Shown here one piece after another: positions 1-9,235 of a DNA stretch of 64,000 bases; position 1 is the first letter of the stretch; each line of letters opens with the position of its first letter. The stretch lies in sequence record NZ_CP013725.1; one strand, written 5' to 3'. Below the pieces are notes generated by a model, which was given only the letters and a program-made list of their open reading frames with translations, did no database searches and had not been told where the DNA came from. Made by a program: the position numbers and the translations under genes. Source of the stretch: a plasmid.

Positions 1-87
1 CATTGTGATCTGAACAGGCGGTGAACGTAACACGAGGTTCATGCAGCTGGGCTGCAATTATTTGCGGCAGCAGACTATGTATTCTAA

Positions 88-137
88 GGGCATATCTGTG
101 GGACAGTTAATTCTGTTCTACGGGTATGCCCTTTTTT
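88..137 (+). terminator. Rho-independent terminator-like hairpin (GGGCATA...TATGCCC followed by TTTTTT)
   Basis: GC stem arms at 88-94 and 125-131, followed by a T-run at 132-137. Confidence 0.45.
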
Positions 138-236
138 AATACAGAAAAATAAGTGGAAAAGGAGGGAGACCGCTCTTTAAGCCAGTTGTCTGTGATATGT
201 GATAGAATAAAAATAATGATGAAAGAAGGGAATAAC

Positions 237-2120
237 ATGATCAGTTATTTAATAAAGAGTAGGCAGGGCCAGTTTTTAGCTATCGGTATTTTGTTTGCCG
301 CAGCTGGCTTTATATTTGGAACGATGAATAGTGAGTACAGTCGCTGGCTTTTCTATGCTGCTATATTTTTCTTAGGCTTTTATGCGTCCAAAAATGCGAT
401 CGTAGAAACAGTGCGCTACAAGTCGCCCAACGTGGATCTACTTATGATCCTCGCTGCACTTGGTGCTGTGATCTTTGATTTTGAATCAGAAGGAGCAGCC
501 TTACTACTAATTTTTGCCGCAGCTGAAGTACTAGAAGATTATGCGAACAACAAATCGACCTCAGCGATCTCGGAATTGATGGCTCAGGTACCTGAAACAG
601 CTCAAGTCTTGAAAGAAAATGGTGAAGTGGTAACCGTTCCTACTGAAGACCTGAATGTAGGGGAAAGGGTCGTCGTTTCTGAAGGGGAACAGATCCCGAT
701 CGACGGAATCATTGACCGCAAATCGATCGTCAATGAATCAGCTCTCACTGGCGAATCGGTTCCTGTCGTGAAAGAGGCCGAAGATGAAGTGTTCGCAGGA
801 ACGATCAATGAAGGCGACGTTTTTTATATCGATGTAACCAAATCCAGCGATGAAACAGTCTTCTCCAATATCATTCGGATGGTCGAAGAAGCGCAGAGCC
901 GTCCTTCACGCATCTCTAAATTCATTGACCGGATAGAGAGCAAGTATGTTATTTCTGTACTAGTTATCGTGCCGATTTTCATCGTTGTGATGTATGCATT
1001 GATGGATCTGCCATTCGAAGAAGCCTTTTATCGCGGTATGGTCTTTCTAACAGTCGCCAGTCCCTGTGCCTTAGTCGCTTCGGCCACGCCAGCAACGTTG
1101 AGTGCGATCAGTAATGGAGCAAAAAACGGGATTTTATTCAAAGGGGGGGCTGCAATGGAAGCTTTGAGCACGATGGATATCTTATACACAGACAAGACAG
1201 GCACGCTGACTTATGGTGAATTCAAGGTCGATGAATACAGTGCTCCCGATGATGTATTGAAAGAAGTGATCTATATGGAACAGCAGTCGAGTCATCCGAT
1301 CGCTCGAGCTATCGTGACGGCGTTTAAAGAGACGGATCTGAGTTCAGTCGATCATAATGAACCTGTTAGTGAAATAGCCGGTTCCGGTATCAAGAAAGGC
1401 ACAGTAAGGGTGGGAAAACCTTCAGCCTTCAGTACATTCAAAAACTACGATCGCTTCAAGCAGTACTTCCAAAAAGGCAACACGATCATTCTCGCAGCAA
1501 AAGAAGAGGAGGTCGTTGGTTACTTTTCACTCAGTGACCAGATTCGCAGACAGTCGGCAGATGCCGTGGCTAACTTCCAGAAAGAAGGCATTAAAGTCAC
1601 GTTATTAACGGGTGATAACGAAGAAGTGACAGAGACGGTAGCAGAGGTCGTCGGTGTCGATGACTATAAAGCGTCCATGTTGCCGGAAGACAAGATCGCC
1701 TATGTCAGGGAGAGTCAGGATAAGGAAGAAGTGGTCGGCATGATCGGTGACGGGATCAATGATGCGCCAGCTCTGGCAAATGCAGATATCGGGATCGCGA
1801 TGGGCAGCGGTTCCTCTGTGGCGATGGAATCATCCGATGTCGTTGTCGTTAAAAATGACTTGTCGAAACTGTTCTACAGTTACAAGTTGAGTAAGAAACT
1901 GAACAAAATCATTTTGCAGAATGTGATTTTCTCGATCAGCGTGATCGTGACCTTGATCGTCTTGAACCTCTTTGGCGTATTAGGACTTCCACTAGCGGTA
2001 TTATTCCATGAAGGGTCAACAATACTCGTTATTCTTAATGGTCTCCGTCTACTTGGATCTAAAGGTCTGAAGCAAGAAGAGAGAGTCTCGGATCCATCTT
2101 TAAAGTCTGTAAAGGTTTAA
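237..2120 (+). CDS. Heavy-metal translocating P1B-type ATPase without an N-terminal metal-binding domain. TM6 motif is SPC (P1B-4-like; Co/Fe/Zn-type specificity is a guess)
   Basis: Motifs DKTGTLT, SPC (VASPCALV), [10 protein letters not shown] and TGES. Start chosen at ATG 237, 6 nt after AGAAGGG. The ORF track extends upstream to a GTG at 153. Confidence 0.85.
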   Translation: MISYLIKSRQGQFLAIGILFAAAGFIFGTMNSEYSRWLFYAAIFFLGFYASKNAIVETVRYKSPNVDLLMILAALGAVIFDFESEGAALLLIFAAAEVLEDYANNKSTSAISELMAQVPETAQVLKENGEVVTVPTEDLNVGERVVVSEGEQIPIDGIIDRKSIVNESALTGESVPVVKEAEDEVFAGTINEGDVFYIDVTKSSDETVFSNIIRMVEEAQSRPSRISKFIDRIESKYVISVLVIVPIFIVVMYALMDLPFEEAFYRGMVFLTVASPCALVASATPATLSAISNGAKNGILFKGGAAMEALSTMDILYTDKTGTLTYGEFKVDEYSAPDDVLKEVIYMEQQSSHPIARAIVTAFKETDLSSVDHNEPVSEIAGSGIKKGTVRVGKPSAFSTFKNYDRFKQYFQKGNTIILAAKEEEVVGYFSLSDQIRRQSADAVANFQKEGIKVTLLTGDNEEVTETVAEVVGVDDYKASMLPEDKIAYVRESQDKEEVVGMIGDGINDAPALANADIGIAMGSGSSVAMESSDVVVVKNDLSKLFYSYKLSKKLNKIILQNVIFSISVIVTLIVLNLFGVLGLPLAVLFHEGSTILVILNGLRLLGSKGLKQEERVSDPSLKSVKV

Positions 2121-2136
2121 ACTGAACATTTTATGA

Positions 2137-2177
2137 AAGAAAGCCCCTGAGACTGATCAAACAGACTTGGGGGCTTT
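2137..2177 (+). terminator. Terminator hairpin AAGCCCC...GGGGGCTT downstream of the ATPase gene
   Basis: Inverted repeat immediately after stop codon 2120, followed by a T-containing run. Confidence 0.5.
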
Positions 2178-2185
2178 CTAGTGTT

Positions 2186-2993
2186 GGTTCTGTTGCGAAG
2201 TTTGAAAATCAAACGCGCCCTCTCTGAACTCCAAATATCTTAGGCTGTTATTCCCATTAATACCTTGATTTCAGTAGACACCGAAAAGCCGAAGAGCGTT
2301 CCATTTCTTCGGTTCTTTTTATATATTCCTCGAATGGTCTCCATGCCCTTAATCGTGGAAGAGGCTGTACGGAGACTTTGATAAAATTTATTTCGTCGTT
2401 TAATAGGTCGATGGTCTTGTTCTATTAAATTGTTAAGATACTTCACAGTTCGGTGCTCTGTCTTAGTATATAAACCCACACTCTGTAACTTTCTAAAGGC
2501 GGAGCCAAGAGAAGGTGCTTTATCGGTCACAATTGCTTTCGGCTCACCAAACTGTTTATGGAGTCGTTTTAAGAAAGCATAGGCTGCTTGCGTATCCCGT
2601 TTCTTTCGTAACCAGATATCTAAGGTTAAGCCGTCCGCATCAATTGCACGATAAAGATAATGCCAACGTCCCTTAATTTTGATATAGGTTTCGTCCATTT
2701 TCCATGAATAGAAGGATTGTCTATTTTTCTTCTTCCAAAGATAATAGAGGACTTTGCTGTACTCTTGCACCCAACGATAAATCGTAGTATGACAAACATT
2801 TATTCCACGATCATATAACAATTCCTGAACTTCACGATAGCTTAGATTGTAACGCAGGTAGTAACCAACAGCGACAATAATGACGTCTTTTTTGAATTGT
2901 TTGCCTTTAAAATGATTCATTACTCTGTCCTCTCTGTCTTTTTTCTCAATTTTACACTAAAATAGATTTTTTGGAAAACTTTGCAACAGAACC
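2186..2993 (-). mobile_element. Complete IS6-family insertion sequence, IS1216-like, 808 bp with 18-bp terminal inverted repeats
   Basis: GGTTCTGTTGCGAAGTTT at 2186-2203 and its inverted copy AAACTTTGCAACAGAACC at 2976-2993. The 808-bp length matches IS1216/IS257-type elements. Encloses a 226-aa IS6 transposase. Confidence 0.9.
2240..2920 (-). CDS. tnp: IS6-family transposase (IS1216-type)
   Basis: 226 aa. N-terminal MNHFKGKQFKKDVIIVAVGYYLRYNLSYREV is characteristic of IS1216/IS257/IS26 transposases. DDE region present. Confidence 0.92.
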   Translation of the reverse strand: MNHFKGKQFKKDVIIVAVGYYLRYNLSYREVQELLYDRGINVCHTTIYRWVQEYSKVLYYLWKKKNRQSFYSWKMDETYIKIKGRWHYLYRAIDADGLTLDIWLRKKRDTQAAYAFLKRLHKQFGEPKAIVTDKAPSLGSAFRKLQSVGLYTKTEHRTVKYLNNLIEQDHRPIKRRNKFYQSLRTASSTIKGMETIRGIYKKNRRNGTLFGFSVSTEIKVLMGITA

Positions 2994-2999
2994 GATTGA

Positions 3000-3317
3000 T
3001 TGATGACGGAGGAGGAGTTATCTGTTCTTAATAGAATCAAAGAATGGTCTGTTCTTTTGAAGATTTATTATGGCATTCTGTTCTTTTCATTTGTTACAGT
3101 AGGCTTAGTTTCTCTTTTGTTGACTCTTTTATCGTTATGGACGAATATGATGCTATTTTTGTATTTACTTTTACTGTTTTTCTTAGGATTAGGGGGAGTA
3201 GGTACTGCCATTCTTGATGATTATAAGTGGTCATTGTTTAGTGGAATTTGTAGGAGAATGAAAAAAAGTGCAACTGTTGAGTCTTATGAATGCTGGAAGA
3301 AGGAAATGAATGTGTAG
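3000..3317 (+). CDS. Small hydrophobic membrane protein (hypothetical). Its 5' end abuts the IS1216 IR, so it may be a truncated gene
   Basis: 105-aa ORF with two or three predicted TM segments. No RBS. TTG/ATG start immediately after the IS end at 2993. Confidence 0.3.
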   Translation: MMTEEELSVLNRIKEWSVLLKIYYGILFFSFVTVGLVSLLLTLLSLWTNMMLFLYLLLLFFLGLGGVGTAILDDYKWSLFSGICRRMKKSATVESYECWKKEMNV

Positions 3318-3358
3318 AGGTATACAAAAGAGCCTAGCAATAGATACTAGGCTTTTTC

Positions 3359-3748
3359 CTATGGCTTTAAAATGTACACAGGTGGAATATGAATGTTGTT
3401 TGGACGATCACCGTTTCTGTCAGATAAACGTTGGAAAGCGCCGTGTAGACCTTCTACCAAATGACTGGATGGCAATAAATTGTGCCAATTTGTTACGATT
3501 TGATTTAATTTATTTAATCGATTCTGTTTTTCATTAAGTTGATCATCCATGTAAATATTTAGTACGTTTGTTAGGTATTGTGCCCACATTTTTAATTCGA
3601 TAGAGTCCACATGGTCTGCTACGAAAGCTAGTTTTTCCAATACGAGTTTAGATTTTTCAAAGTACACTAAGTCTATTAAGTAGTCAGATAGGATAATATT
3701 TTTTGTAAAAATGGCTGAATAAATCCATGGCATTGAAGTCAACAGCAA
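3359..3748 (-). CDS. Hypothetical protein
   Basis: 129-aa ORF with no recognisable motif and a TTG start. Overlaps an opposite-strand 75-aa ORF. Confidence 0.25.
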   Translation of the reverse strand: MLLTSMPWIYSAIFTKNIILSDYLIDLVYFEKSKLVLEKLAFVADHVDSIELKMWAQYLTNVLNIYMDDQLNEKQNRLNKLNQIVTNWHNLLPSSHLVEGLHGAFQRLSDRNGDRPNNIHIPPVYILKP

Positions 3749-4000
3749 GTAGTTTCTGGCTAATTATTGGCAGCTGGTCAATAGTTAATGGGGTAATAAA
3801 GTCTGTGAAAAATTGGAAATTATAAGAAGTCAGGTACGTGGCTTCTTATGATTTAATTTATAAGACCCAGGGCTTTAGTGATATCGATTTTAGGAATTTG
3901 AGTAGTGTCATTTGATAAAATTTTCTCAAGCAGCATTCTTAAACGGATTAGTGTCAAATTATTGTTTTCGTTTCTAAAACATCCTTGTATAGCAAGATAG

Positions 4001-4028
4001 CTTGTTGAACATCATGATGTTCAACAAG
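4001..4028. repeat. Perfect 28-bp palindrome CTTGTTGAACATCATGATGTTCAACAAG
   Basis: The sequence equals its own reverse complement. Candidate operator or recombination site. Confidence 0.8.
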
Positions 4029-4254
4029 GTTGTAACGTTTTTTTGAGTGTTGTTGTCTTCGGATATCGAATTCAAACAATCACTACTTATCACTAACAAG
4101 TCAATTATCAGATTGAACAGAAAAGTGGATTGACAGCTGAAGCAGTTGCAGAGCTCAAAGATTACTCAAATAAACAATTTCAAGGCTAGAGAACAAAAGC
4201 AAGAACAAACAATAGCTTTACAAAGAGAAGAAGAAAAATAAAGGAGAATGAGCT

Positions 4255-4395
4255 ATGAATTTTCTACAAAATAATTTCCAAACTTTATATTTAGGTGCAG
4301 CTGCAGGAGATATTCAAGGAAGAATTTCCGGAGCATTAACAACAGTTCAATCCGTATTGACAGGTATACAAGATCGTCAAAAAGCATTTAGATGA
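4255..4395 (+). CDS. 46-aa ORF with a strong RBS (AAAGGAGAA). It reads across a rearrangement junction into the topB remnant and is probably a chimeric or orphaned gene start
   Basis: ATG at 4255 lies 7 nt after AAAGGAGAA. Peptide is MNFLQNNFQTLYLGAAAGDIQGRISGALTTVQSVLTGIQDRQKAFR. Absent from the ORF track because it is under 60 aa. Confidence 0.3.
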   Translation: MNFLQNNFQTLYLGAAAGDIQGRISGALTTVQSVLTGIQDRQKAFR

Positions 4396-4958
4396 AGCGG
4401 AAACAATCGTGATTGCGACCGACAGCGACCGAGAAGGTGAAGCAATCGCCCGCTTGATTATCAACCTTTCGGGAAATAGCCGGAAAACCATTAAACGTTT
4501 ATGGATCAACTCGCTTGAAACTAGCGAAATCAAAAAAGGATTTCAAAATCTGAAGGACGGACAGGCGTTTTATTCCACTTACAAAGAAGCAGAAACCCGA
4601 CAAATCGCTGATTGGCTGGTAGGAATCAATCTCACCCGTCTTTACACGCTTTATATGCAGAAAAACGGCATGAGAGGCGTGTTTAGCGTTGGACGCGTCC
4701 AAACCCCGACTTTGTTCTTGATTTACCAACGCAACGAAGAAATCAAACATTTCGTCAGCAAGCCATTTTATGTATGAAGACGAATGGAGAGAATACTATG
4801 CAACCAAAATTGAGAGCATACATATTACGAGAAACAAACTCGTTTTCCAATGCAATGAAGGAATCGCTCTGTCTACTCATAAAACGGAAATTGAAAGAAT
4901 CATGCATGCATTGGCACTTAAACTCTTATTACTGGAGTTAAATTCATATGATTTTTAA
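4355..4958 (+). pseudogene. topB: DNA topoisomerase III (TopB-type) remnant. About 90 N-terminal residues are missing, it is frameshifted near 4777, and it is truncated after the TOPRIM-adjacent region
   Basis: IVKKHLDEAETIVIATDSDREGE...RVQTPTLFLIYQRNEEI aligns with residues ~95-215 of the intact topoisomerase III at 59930-62074 (QIVKKLLSEATTIIIATDCDREGE...RVQTPTLMMVYKREKEI). Reading continues in another frame at 4770-4958. Confidence 0.8.
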
Positions 4959-5616
4959 TCTGCAAAAAAGTTTATAGCACCGTCGCTTATACCAGAAAAT
5001 ATAACAAACGCCGCATTGTTTTTTTGTGCACTTTAATAATCTATTCAACTAAGGAATTAAGCTGGCTGTCAAGAGAGTAATATCGTATTGAATCTCAGGT
5101 GGAAATTTTCTGCGGTATCTTTTTTGACTGAAATGACATTAGTGTCTTTTGGGGATTGTGTATGTAAGTATTTTTTAAAATCATTTTAACAAGTTTTGGA
5201 CAAAAATTCTCATGAAAAAACAGAATTTAAATAGCATGATAAATTAGAGAAGATAGTTTAATGTGCTTATAGGAACACCCCACTTTTACAGTCACAATCA
5301 ATAACCTTGCTACTTTCTTTCGAAATTGATAAGAGTCTAAAGGATTGACAACGCTTGATAGTGAGCATAAACTTAATGTACGCTAGTTAGTTTACAAGTG
5401 CAAACTAAAAAAGTATGATGTGTCGTCTCTGAAATTCTCCCTGATTCAAGTCATAACCAGAGTACATATCGGTTATTTTTTGATTCCATATTTTTTCCTT
5501 TATGTGCTGAGGATTAAGGGGTACCAATTGTAATTGCGCGTTATATGGTCTTTGTTTAGAATCGCTCTCCAAAAAGCCAATTTTTTTGCATAGAATTTTA
5601 GATGTGGTATCATTAA

Positions 5617-5631
5617 TTAGAATTATTATAA
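5617..5631. promoter_or_regulatory. PerR/Fur-type box TTAGAATTATTATAA, one mismatch to the 7-1-7 consensus TTATAATNATTATAA, upstream of the cupin and ABC-exporter operon
   Basis: Site lies about 50 bp upstream of the RBS of the cupin gene at 5682. Confidence 0.45.
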
Positions 5632-5681
5632 ATAAGAAGTAGGTATCATTGTTTCAGTATAAAGACTAGGAGGAATGGAAG

Positions 5682-6104
5682 ATGGAAATAGACTACAAGG
5701 ATCATGGGAAGAAGCCGTATATCATTAATATTGAAGACGCCACCACAGGAAATGATAATTACCGGACGACCATTTGGACAGGCAGTAAACTGCAAGTCAC
5801 CGTAATGTCCATTCAACCGGGCGATGACATCGGTTTGGAAGTGCACGAAGGCATTGACCAATTTATCCGTATTGAAGAAGGAGAAGGCGTGTGTAAAATG
5901 GGGCCTTCTAAAGATAACTTACATGTTCAACAAAAAGTGATGGATGATGACGCCGTATTTGTTCCGGCGGACATGTGGCACAACATCGAAAACACCGGTG
6001 ATAAGCCGCTCAGACTGTATACCATTTATGCTGGTCCAGATCACCTTGAAGGAACGGTTCACCCTACTCATGAAGACGCCAAAAACGATCCAAACGAACA
6101 CTGA
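5682..6104 (+). CDS. Cupin-domain protein
   Basis: 140 aa. RBS AGGAGG. Cupin-like His/Glu motifs (HEGIDQF...; MWHNIENTG). Confidence 0.6.
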   Translation: MEIDYKDHGKKPYIINIEDATTGNDNYRTTIWTGSKLQVTVMSIQPGDDIGLEVHEGIDQFIRIEEGEGVCKMGPSKDNLHVQQKVMDDDAVFVPADMWHNIENTGDKPLRLYTIYAGPDHLEGTVHPTHEDAKNDPNEH

Positions 6105-6122
6105 GGTACACTAGGATGAAAC

Positions 6123-6166
6123 AAAAGCCCTGCACCCGTATGGATGGTCCACTGGTGCAGGGCTTT
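6123..6166 (+). terminator. Rho-independent terminator (GCCCTGCACC ... GGTGCAGGGC followed by TTTTTTAT)
   Basis: 10-bp perfect stem, 17-nt loop and a T-run between the cupin and ABC genes. Confidence 0.8.
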
Positions 6167-6187
6167 TTTATAAAGGAGAGAAGTGGT

Positions 6188-6841
6188 ATGAGTGATTCAT
6201 TGTTTCAATTAGAGAAGGTTGGTTTTCAGGCAAACGGAAAACAAATCCTTCAAGATATCTCTTTTACAGTAAACAAAGGGGAAGTGATTGTTTTTTCTGG
6301 TCCTTCTGGAAGTGGAAAAAGTACCCTTTTGAAATTAATTGGTACGCTGCTTTCCCCAACTTCCGGAAAAATTTATTATCGAGGTACGGATCTGCAAAAA
6401 ATCGATCCTGTGGAGTATAGAAAAGAAGTCTCTTATTTCTTTCAAAACGCTTCTCTATTCGATGAGACAGTTCAAGAGAACTTGTCTTTTCCTGCCCGCA
6501 TAAGAGAAGAAGGATTTGATCGGGAACGTGCAAAAAAATTGTTAGAACGAGTTCAAATACCTGAAACTTACTTATCGAAAGAGGTCAAGGAACTATCAGG
6601 AGGGGAAAAACAACGGGTTGCATTGGTCCGAAATTTGATGTATCAACCGAAAGTATTGCTCCTGGATGAAGTTACCAGTTCATTGGACCAAGAAAACAGA
6701 GCGATTGTCCTTGATTTAGTCCGAGACATGATGAAAGACCAACAAACTACGGTGTTGGCCGTCACTCACAACCAGGAAGAAATCGACCAAGCTTCTCGTC
6801 TGATTACTATCAAAGGTGGAAAAATGGAGGAATCGAAATGA
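6188..6841 (+). CDS. fetA: ABC transporter ATP-binding protein, FetA/YbbL-like (putative iron exporter subunit)
   Basis: Walker A GPSGSGKST, signature LSGGEKQR and Walker B LLLDE. Start at ATG 6188 after AAAGGAGAGAAG. The ORF-track start at 6116 lies inside the terminator hairpin. Confidence 0.8.
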   Translation: MSDSLFQLEKVGFQANGKQILQDISFTVNKGEVIVFSGPSGSGKSTLLKLIGTLLSPTSGKIYYRGTDLQKIDPVEYRKEVSYFFQNASLFDETVQENLSFPARIREEGFDRERAKKLLERVQIPETYLSKEVKELSGGEKQRVALVRNLMYQPKVLLLDEVTSSLDQENRAIVLDLVRDMMKDQQTTVLAVTHNQEEIDQASRLITIKGGKMEESK

Positions 6842-7602
6842 CAAACAATTTGGAAATCAGTAATCTTTCTTTGCTCTTATCCTCTGTCCTCTTGATAGTT
6901 GCCTTGTTGATTGATTACAAAGAGAAATTGGGATTAGGAAACGACATTTTTATTGCGGGAATTCGCGCTGTCGTTCAATTATTCCTTATTGGATATGTAT
7001 TGAGCTACGTATTACGAGTGGATAACAACTTTCTCACTTTAGCGATGGTTTTGTTCATTGTGTTCAACGCTTCTTATAACGCCCATACACGCAGTGAGGG
7101 GATCAACCGCTCTTTTAAAATTTCAACGACGGCTATTGGAGTAGGAACAGCCTTGTCCTTACTCATTCTTGTTTTTTCAGGAGTCATTGACTGGTCCCCT
7201 TCCCAAATCGTTCCAATTACAGGCATGATTGCCAGCAACGCCATGACTGCGATTGGAGTGACCTATCGGTCTTTGAATTCAAAATTTACGGACCAACGCC
7301 AACAGGTATTGGAAAAATTGGCATTGGGAGCCAATAAAAAACAAGCGTCCATGAGTATTGTAAGAGAAAGCGTCAAAACGGGCATGGCTCCTTCTATTGA
7401 CCGAACAAAAACGGTTGGACTTGTCAGCCTACCAGGTATGATGTCAGGGTTGATTTTTGCGGGAATTGATCCTGTTCAAGCGATTCGTTACCAAATTGTT
7501 GTGATGTTTATGTTGATTTCAGTTACTGCGATTTCTTCGTTTATTGCTAGTTATATGGCTTACCGTGAGTTTTATAACAATCGCAGTCAATTAATTATAT
7601 GA
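6838..7602 (+). CDS. fetB: ABC transporter permease, FetB/YbbM-like (UPF0014)
   Basis: 254-aa polytopic membrane protein. ATGA overlap with the upstream ATP-binding gene. Confidence 0.75.
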   Translation: MTNNLEISNLSLLLSSVLLIVALLIDYKEKLGLGNDIFIAGIRAVVQLFLIGYVLSYVLRVDNNFLTLAMVLFIVFNASYNAHTRSEGINRSFKISTTAIGVGTALSLLILVFSGVIDWSPSQIVPITGMIASNAMTAIGVTYRSLNSKFTDQRQQVLEKLALGANKKQASMSIVRESVKTGMAPSIDRTKTVGLVSLPGMMSGLIFAGIDPVQAIRYQIVVMFMLISVTAISSFIASYMAYREFYNNRSQLII

Positions 7603-7689
7603 TTTGGGATGATACACTACTCTTAAAACCAGTGATTACAATTTTATGTAGTTAAAAGAAGACCTCACGAGAATAATTGCAAAAAGAAC

Positions 7690-7984
7690 TTCATTTTTTA
7701 AGGAAGAAGGATATTTTTGTCATCGAATCTTTGGAACGACTAGGGCGAAACTATGATGAAATTTTTTATATAGTGCAGTAACTGGATTGATTGAATCCTT
7801 TAATAAGCAAATCAAGAAATACAGCCACCGCAAGGAACAGTTCCAAAATGAAGAGTCGATGGAACGTTTCTTAGTCTCGTCTTTTGATACTCACAACCAA
7901 AAATTCCTAGGTCGCAGTCATAAAGGTTTCCAACAGGCCGAAGGCGAGCTCGAACAAATGCTGAGTCAACCGATGGAGAATTAG
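7690..7984 (+). pseudogene. C-terminal remnant of an IS256/mutator-family transposase
   Basis: LIESFNKQIKKYSHRKEQFQNEESMERFL... matches the conserved C-terminus of IS256-family transposases (…IESLNxxIRK…FPNxES…). No N-terminal part is present and the upstream frame is broken. Confidence 0.5.
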
Positions 7985-8152
7985 AAACAATCTACAGTAG
8001 GAAAGAACCATTTACACAAAATTATTGACGCTCCCAAGCTAAAACTCCTATTAATCGATCTACTAAAAATAAATAAAAAATTCTTTTCAATTTTTATTTA
8101 TGGTATGACATAAATAAAGTAAAGTTATTCTTCTAGGTTAATCTTATTAATA

Positions 8153-8194
8153 CTCTTTCTCACTAGTGTTGCATGCAACACTAGTGAGAAAGAG
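8153..8194. repeat. Perfect 42-bp palindrome CTCTTTCTCACTAGTGTTGCATGCAACACTAGTGAGAAAGAG
   Basis: The sequence is its own reverse complement and has no flanking T-run. Lies between the IS256 remnant and dps. Confidence 0.85.
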
Positions 8195-8518
8195 CATTAA
8201 ATATACTGCAAGGCAAGACATTTGGTAATTGAAGAATAACAAGCAAAAAAATAGCAGTCAGGTCTCTTGACAAAGTATAGTTGCTATTCTTTTTTTAGGC
8301 CCTACTTTAATGAAATTTTTGTTTGGAGGGAACGACTTCATTCCTTTGATTATTTCAGTTGAATTTAATAGAGAAGCCTGGCGTCTATTAAGAAATACTT
8401 TTCTTGATGAGCGTCAATTTTTTTAACGGAAATCTATCCTATACTAAATTCAGTAAAGAAAAAGGAGGAATCAAAGAAAGCTATTTTAAACAAACCAAAA
8501 TTATAGGAGGAATAAATC

Positions 8519-9091
8519 ATGACTGAAAATAAAGCTACTCAAGAAAGAACACCCCAAGAAAGATTGCAAGAAGAACAAGAACACAAGGAACATGTTCATC
8601 ATACGAAAATTAATGCAGCGGCCATTGCGGATCATCTTTTAGGCAACATGCATACATTACATGTGAAACTGCACCAATATCACTGGTATGTAAAAGGAGC
8701 CAATTTCTTTACGTTGCATGAAAAATTTGAAGAGTTGTATAACGAAAATGAAAAATGGTTCGACAAACTTGCGGAGCGTCTAATTACTTCTGGGCATAAA
8801 CCTGCTTCGACAACGGTTGAATTTGAAAAATATTCGATGCTTTCGGAAGATGCAGTTAATAAATACGCTAAAGCAGAAGACATGGTTGAAAATATTATCG
8901 AGGACTTCAGAAGCACTCGTGACCTAACTATTCGCGCGATTCGTTTAGCTCAAGACGAGGGTGACGATGCTTTAGAAGATACATTGATTGCTTTTAAAAA
9001 TGACTTAGACAAGAACATTTGGATGCTGCAAGCGTTCATTGGTAAAGAAGCATTAGAAGATGATGACGCTCTTGATGAGGATGAAGATTAA
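8519..9091 (+). CDS. dps: Dps-family DNA-protecting ferritin-like protein
   Basis: HQYHWYVKGANFFTLHEKFEELY ferroxidase-centre motif. RBS TAGGAGGAAT. Acidic C-terminal tail. Confidence 0.88.
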   Translation: MTENKATQERTPQERLQEEQEHKEHVHHTKINAAAIADHLLGNMHTLHVKLHQYHWYVKGANFFTLHEKFEELYNENEKWFDKLAERLITSGHKPASTTVEFEKYSMLSEDAVNKYAKAEDMVENIIEDFRSTRDLTIRAIRLAQDEGDDALEDTLIAFKNDLDKNIWMLQAFIGKEALEDDDALDEDED

Positions 9092-9235
9092 GGTAAAAGT
9101 AGAAGCTGATTTAGGGATTGGAATTCTTTCCAGTCCTTTTTCCATTTTCTTGATGTGCATCAATTTTTTTGTAGTAAGAGACTTATATAATAAAAGCAGC
9201 GAATATAAACAAAATAAATAAAGGGGGAGAATGAA

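Noticed and set aside
602-808. Minus-strand 68-aa ORF inside the first ATPase gene, and similar antisense ORFs at 11125-11406, 8680-8916 and 47857-49464
   Set aside because: They are shadow ORFs opposite well-supported coding regions, with no translation signals.
3310-3537. 75-aa plus-strand ORF overlapping the minus-strand ORF 3359-3748
   Set aside because: No RBS. It overlaps a longer ORF on the other strand. Neither has recognisable homology, so only the longer one is kept, at low confidence.
4960-5600. Possible small RNA or gene in the 640-bp AT-rich gap before the cupin gene
   Set aside because: No convincing promoter-terminator pair or ORF with an RBS was found. Only the Per/Fur-like box near its 3' end is reported.
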